From: Patescibacteria group bacterium
Lineage (GTDB): Bacteria > Patescibacteriota > Microgenomatia > UBA8517
Reading direction: 5' to 3'
Length of the DNA stretch: 64,000 nucleotides
Assembly (NCBI GenBank): GCA_036381415.1
Contig: DASVCV010000012.1
Coordinates: forward strand, 10,717-74,716
The notes under the pieces: model-generated
The model's database searches: none
Told to the model about the DNA's origin: nothing
Seen by the model: only the letters and a program-made list of their open reading frames with translations
Made by a program: the position numbers and the translations under genes
Shown: in pieces, positions 60,237 through 64,000 of the stretch
Position numbering within the stretch: the stretch's first letter is position 1
How the letters are laid out: every line of letters begins with the position of its first letter

Positions 60237-60902
60237 ATGAAAATACAAATACTAACTTTATTTCCTAACATGTTTGTTGGTCCTTTTGATGAATCAATAA
60301 TTAAAAGAGCAAAAGACAAAAAGCTAGTAAATATTGAAATAAAAGACTTAAGATCTTGGGGGTTAACTGAAAGAAAAACTGTAGATGATAGACCATATGG
60401 AGGTGGAGTTGGAATGGTCATGATGGTAGAACCTATCTACAATGCTTTAAAAGACCTAAAAACCAAAGATACTACAGTAATACTTCTTACTCCTCAAGGA
60501 AAAGTATTTAATCAAAGTATTGCAAAAGATCTATCTAAACAAAAAGATATTATTTTAATCTGCGGCCACTATGAAGGGTTTGATGAAAGAATAAGAAGTC
60601 TTGTTGATGAAGAAATATCAGTTGGAGACTTTGTACTAACAGGAGGAGAACTTCCTGCAATGCTTATTGCAGATACAATTGTAAGACTTATTCCAGGAGT
60701 GTTGGAAAAGGAAGATGCTGTAAAATTTGAATCTTTCTCAGATAATCTTCTTGAGTACCCTCAATACACTCGTCCTGAAGATTTTAAAGGAATGACAGTT
60801 CCCAAAGTTCTTCTTTCAGGCAATCACAAAGAAATTGAAAACTGGAGAAAAGAAGAGTCTCTCAAAAAAACAAAGAAAAATAGATCGGACCTTCTGAAAT
60901 GA
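60237..60902 (+). CDS. trmD: tRNA (guanine37-N1)-methyltransferase TrmD
   Basis: MKIQILTLFPNMF..RPYGGGVGMVMMVEPI..ICGHYEGFDERI..TGGELPAMLIADTIVRLIPGVL: canonical TrmD motifs across the full length. Confidence 0.95.
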   Translation: MKIQILTLFPNMFVGPFDESIIKRAKDKKLVNIEIKDLRSWGLTERKTVDDRPYGGGVGMVMMVEPIYNALKDLKTKDTTVILLTPQGKVFNQSIAKDLSKQKDIILICGHYEGFDERIRSLVDEEISVGDFVLTGGELPAMLIADTIVRLIPGVLEKEDAVKFESFSDNLLEYPQYTRPEDFKGMTVPKVLLSGNHKEIENWRKEESLKKTKKNRSDLLK

Positions 60903-60903
60903 A

Positions 60904-61911
60904 CTATTTTTGCCCAGTCTTTGAATAAAGTTTTTCTGCTTTATTCTTCAATGGTCTCCACCACCACTCATTATCTTTATACCAATCAACAGTCTTTATC
61001 AGCCAATCAGAAAAGGTATATTTTGGTTTCCACCCCAACTCGGTTGTAATCTTTCTCCAATCAACAGCATATCTCCTATCATGCCCCTTCCTATCTTGAA
61101 CAAATTTTATCCATGATGAATCTTTCCTAAAAATACCAAGGAGCATATTAGCAACTTCTAAATTGCTAATATCTTTTGTTAAACCTCCAACAACATATGT
61201 TTCTCCTACTTTTCCTTTTTTTATAACCTTTTCAATCGCTCTCACATGGTCCTCTACATAGAGCCAATCTCGAATATTTAGCCCATCTCCATATACTGGC
61301 AGCTTTTGACCATCTATTAGATTAGTAATCAAACGTGGTAGGAATTTCTCTGGATCTTGGTATGGACCAAAATTGTTAGAACAATTGGTTATTGTCACAC
61401 CAAGTCCATATGTAAAAAAATAAGCTCTCACTAGATGATCAGCAGCAGCTTTACTTGCAGAATATGGACTTCTAGGATTATATAAAGTATTCTCATTAAA
61501 TTTCTTTTTAGAATTTAAATCTAAACTTCCAAAAATTTCATCAGTTCCCACAAAATGAAATCTCTTAACTTTATTCTGACATGCTGAGTCTAAAAGTATT
61601 TGAGTTCCCAAGACATTTGTTTTTATAAACACTCCAGGTCCAACAATAGATCTGTCAACATGACTTTCAGCAGCAAAGTGCACAACAATGTCTACACCTT
61701 TCATTGCCTTATCAACAATTTTTCGATCACAAATATCGCCTTTAATAAACAAATAACCTTTCTTCTTTGAAAAATCTTTCGTAGAAGTTAAATGTCCAGC
61801 ATATGTAAGCTTATCTAAATTAACAATCTTATCCTGAGGATATTTATCTAACCAATATCTAATAAAATTAGACCCTATAAACCCAGCCCCTCCTGTTACC
61901 AAAATCTTCAT
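60904..61911 (-). CDS. rfbB: dTDP-glucose 4,6-dehydratase
   Basis: MKILVTGGAGFIGSNF..HFAAESHVDRSI..YSASKAAADHLVRAY..NCSNNFGPYQ..RDWLYVEDH: RmlB signature. Confidence 0.9.
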   Translation of the reverse strand: MKILVTGGAGFIGSNFIRYWLDKYPQDKIVNLDKLTYAGHLTSTKDFSKKKGYLFIKGDICDRKIVDKAMKGVDIVVHFAAESHVDRSIVGPGVFIKTNVLGTQILLDSACQNKVKRFHFVGTDEIFGSLDLNSKKKFNENTLYNPRSPYSASKAAADHLVRAYFFTYGLGVTITNCSNNFGPYQDPEKFLPRLITNLIDGQKLPVYGDGLNIRDWLYVEDHVRAIEKVIKKGKVGETYVVGGLTKDISNLEVANMLLGIFRKDSSWIKFVQDRKGHDRRYAVDWRKITTELGWKPKYTFSDWLIKTVDWYKDNEWWWRPLKNKAEKLYSKTGQK

Positions 61912-62174
61912 TTATTGTTTTTGTGTTCTACTATTTTTACTTTGAAGACAAATTCATCGCCTGGTTTAATTTCTCCTAAATCAGAAACTTCTATCTCGTT
62001 AGACCCATTTTCCTGTGTGTGAATAAACAACTGATACCGATGTCCTTTTGAAGATAGTTTTCCATTAAGAGCTGTACCAAACTGTTCCGGGTCATACTCA
62101 ATTTCAATTGGAACTTCTTTAGGACCAGCCATATTTACAGTAATATTTATTATACACGAGCTTGCAAGTCTCAA
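61908..62174 (-). CDS. Hypothetical small protein (probable start at the internal ATG giving MAGPKEV, about 62132)
   Basis: ORF only; its stop overlaps the rfbB start (ATGA). Confidence 0.35.
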   Translation of the reverse strand: MRLASSCIINITVNMAGPKEVPIEIEYDPEQFGTALNGKLSSKGHRYQLFIHTQENGSNEIEVSDLGEIKPGDEFVFKVKIVEHKNNK

Positions 62175-62184
62175 AAACTATAAG

Positions 62185-62688
62185 TTAGGTATGTTTGTCA
62201 GCTACAGATGAAGCTCCCCATGAATCAGGTTTCGTCTTTGCTACAAATCCATTTCCGCTTACCATTCCAACAACTTCCTTAATCATTTCCCTAGTTTTTC
62301 CTATTGGCCCTACATCAATATGAATCTCTAAATCATATTTAGCAGGAGTAACCTGGCTTCTAAGTGCTGGAACAAGCTCATGTGCAGTCTCAAGTGACCT
62401 TGTAGTCTCATTGTAGATTTTTTCCCTTAAAACAGGTGCCCTCATTACTTTATCTTTCTTCCAAAAATACCTTGCCCCTTTGCCTTTTCTGTGAATTACA
62501 ATAGCTGTTACAAAATCACACTCGCCTTTTCCATTGTTGTATTTAATCTGAGAGTCAGTTCCAATAACTAAGCTGTAGAAACTTCCTGGCTCTTCACTCA
62601 CAAAGTTAGAAATCTCTTTTAACATTTTTCTCACAGTCAAACTCCCTTTGGAAGGGCTATAAAATCCATTTTTGTCTAAATCAACCAT
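62185..62688 (-). CDS. YkuK/DUF458-like RNase H-fold protein
   Basis: LVIGTDSQ motif characteristic of the DUF458/YkuK family; 167 aa. Confidence 0.5.
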   Translation of the reverse strand: MVDLDKNGFYSPSKGSLTVRKMLKEISNFVSEEPGSFYSLVIGTDSQIKYNNGKGECDFVTAIVIHRKGKGARYFWKKDKVMRAPVLREKIYNETTRSLETAHELVPALRSQVTPAKYDLEIHIDVGPIGKTREMIKEVVGMVSGNGFVAKTKPDSWGASSVADKHT

Positions 62689-62732
62689 GCCTAATTATAC
62701 CATGGTTTGAAGCTAAAAATGCCCTCTCGGAG

Positions 62733-63002
62733 TTACCTTAAAAGTAGAGTCACTCCAATTACAAAACCAAGCAATGCAAAGGCTAAATACTCAATTATCA
62801 CTGCAATTGTTAAATCATCATGAATAAGGTGGTGCACCACTCCCCAGGTAACATAGGCACTCGCCGCTGCTGCAAGTGCTGAAACCTGCACAGCTTTGTT
62901 AAATGAAAACAGTACAAAAATAACAGCAGTAATTAAAAACACCCCATATAAAGAGGCAATATGTGGAAGGTGTTTAATAGCTCTTTCAAAACTTTTTGTC
63001 AT
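62733..63002 (-). CDS. Hypothetical small membrane protein (2-3 TM)
   Basis: 89 aa; hydrophobic segments LYGVFLITAVIFVLF and IIEYLAFALLGFVIGVTLLL. Confidence 0.4.
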   Translation of the reverse strand: MTKSFERAIKHLPHIASLYGVFLITAVIFVLFSFNKAVQVSALAAAASAYVTWGVVHHLIHDDLTIAVIIEYLAFALLGFVIGVTLLLR

Positions 63003-63030
63003 AAGTAAAACTTATACTTAACTTTGTTAA

Positions 63031-63939
63031 TCATAGTATTTGTCCTACCTTAGCAATAATTAGTATTGCCAAAATCATCCCCAAAAAGGCAAAGTGTGCG
63101 TAAGCTCTTCCTCCTGCTCTTACCAGTCTTTTCTTCTCAATAACAAAGGTATCAACTACCAAAGCTATAATTAAAACTGAAATTACTCCTAAAGATATGC
63201 TTCTAGTTATGTTAAATGGTGAAACCTGAAGTTGAGGTGAAGTAGCAGCAACTGCTGGTGTTGCAGTAGGCAAGACAGTTGGGTTAACAGTTGGAAGTGG
63301 CGTTGCAGCCTTTACTTGTCCAACAATAGGAGCAACTGTTGGTTCAGCTTTTGCAACAGGTTGTACTGGAATGGTATCAGCCATTTTAGTTCCAAAAAAC
63401 TGAACTATTATGGTAGTATCTACTCCCGCTAGTTTTCCATCTACTACTCCAATTCCTATTTCTCTGTATTTGCTGGATAGCATATTCTCCCTGTGTGAGG
63501 AAGAGGCCATCCATGCATCCACCGCACTTGCTGGATCTGAAAAATCTCTTGCCAAATTTTCTCCAGCGTATCTATAGTCATACCCAAAATCTCCAAAAAA
63601 CTTCCATGGTTGTATTCCATCAGGTGAAACATGAGCCCAATAGCCTTTATTAATCATGTCAGTTCCCTTAGCAAGAGCAGCCTGATCAAGAGTTTTATTC
63701 TCAACTAGAGGAGAAAGTCCATTTTCTTGTCTTTTTAAATTAGTAAGTCTAATTACTTCACTTGGAGATATGTTTGCTGCAAATCCTAAAACCAGTCCCT
63801 TTTTTGCAGCAAAATTAACAGCGATCTGAACAGAAAGTAGTGTAAGTACTATGAAAAAAATGGATGTGGAATGAAGGATTTTAGCCTTGTGTCCATTAGA
63901 ATGTCTGGGTATAAAAAAGTGAGCAGGATTAAGGTTCAT
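63031..63939 (-). CDS. Membrane-anchored CAP (SCP/PR-1) domain protein with a Pro/Thr/Val-rich linker
   Basis: CAP motifs YWAHVSPDG, GENLARDF, HRENMLSSKYREIGIGVV; N-terminal signal anchor; linker KAEPTVAPIVGQVKAATPLPTVNPTVLPTATPAVAATSPQ; C-terminal TM segments. Confidence 0.7.
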   Translation of the reverse strand: MNLNPAHFFIPRHSNGHKAKILHSTSIFFIVLTLLSVQIAVNFAAKKGLVLGFAANISPSEVIRLTNLKRQENGLSPLVENKTLDQAALAKGTDMINKGYWAHVSPDGIQPWKFFGDFGYDYRYAGENLARDFSDPASAVDAWMASSSHRENMLSSKYREIGIGVVDGKLAGVDTTIIVQFFGTKMADTIPVQPVAKAEPTVAPIVGQVKAATPLPTVNPTVLPTATPAVAATSPQLQVSPFNITRSISLGVISVLIIALVVDTFVIEKKRLVRAGGRAYAHFAFLGMILAILIIAKVGQIL

Positions 63940-64000
63940 TGCTCACTCATTATCTATTTGATTGCACTTTCAGTCAACAGGATCAGCATATACCACCAAC

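Noticed and set aside
1-64000. I searched for CRISPR repeats, tRNA or rRNA genes, integrases, transposases and phage genes flanking the island.
   Set aside because: I saw no direct-repeat arrays, no tRNA-like cloverleaf candidates in the few intergenic gaps and no recombinase-like ORFs. The island shows no hallmarks of a mobile element.

Overview
The window is very AT-rich (roughly 30% GC by eye), densely coding, with mostly minus-strand genes whose starts and stops often overlap by 4 nt (ATGA/GTGA). I found no rRNA, tRNA, CRISPR array, integrase or transposase. Almost all of it (about 1-60200) is one very large glycan-biosynthesis and glycosylation supercluster. It contains about 20 polytopic membrane proteins with GT-C-type glycosyltransferase features, about 12 GT2 enzymes, 4 GT4 enzymes, 2 MOP/Wzx-like flippases, 4 NDP-sugar epimerase/dehydratases and 3 class I SAM methyltransferases. 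The GT-C-like set includes 8 full-length tandem paralogs of a PMT/GT39-like family carrying a loop-1 'DE..GYNAYS' motif. It also includes 2 truncated fragments of that family, 3 members of a second PMT-like subfamily, and PMT_2/ArnT-like, YfhO-like, 'PTPS-related'-like and DUF2029-like proteins. Three of the GT2s are Dpm1/GtrB-type polyprenol-phosphate-sugar synthases, one fused to a GtrA-like domain. One epimerase is a GDP-mannose 3,5-epimerase homolog. The 3' end carries housekeeping and small genes: trmD, rfbB, a YkuK-like protein and a CAP-domain protein with a Pro/Thr-rich linker. The composition, gene content and expanded PMT-like GT-C family suggest a small-genome Candidate Phyla Radiation (CPR)-type bacterium. 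The most notable points are the expanded, diversified array of polyprenol-phosphate-sugar-dependent GT-C transferases, consistent with combinatorial protein or envelope glycosylation. Others are a Rosetta-stone fusion of two GT-C modules, an A10 tract exactly at that fusion's linker, an inverted block with an N-terminally clipped paralog, and a trifunctional epimerase-methyltransferase-GT2 fusion. All family calls are from motif reading only; no searches were run.
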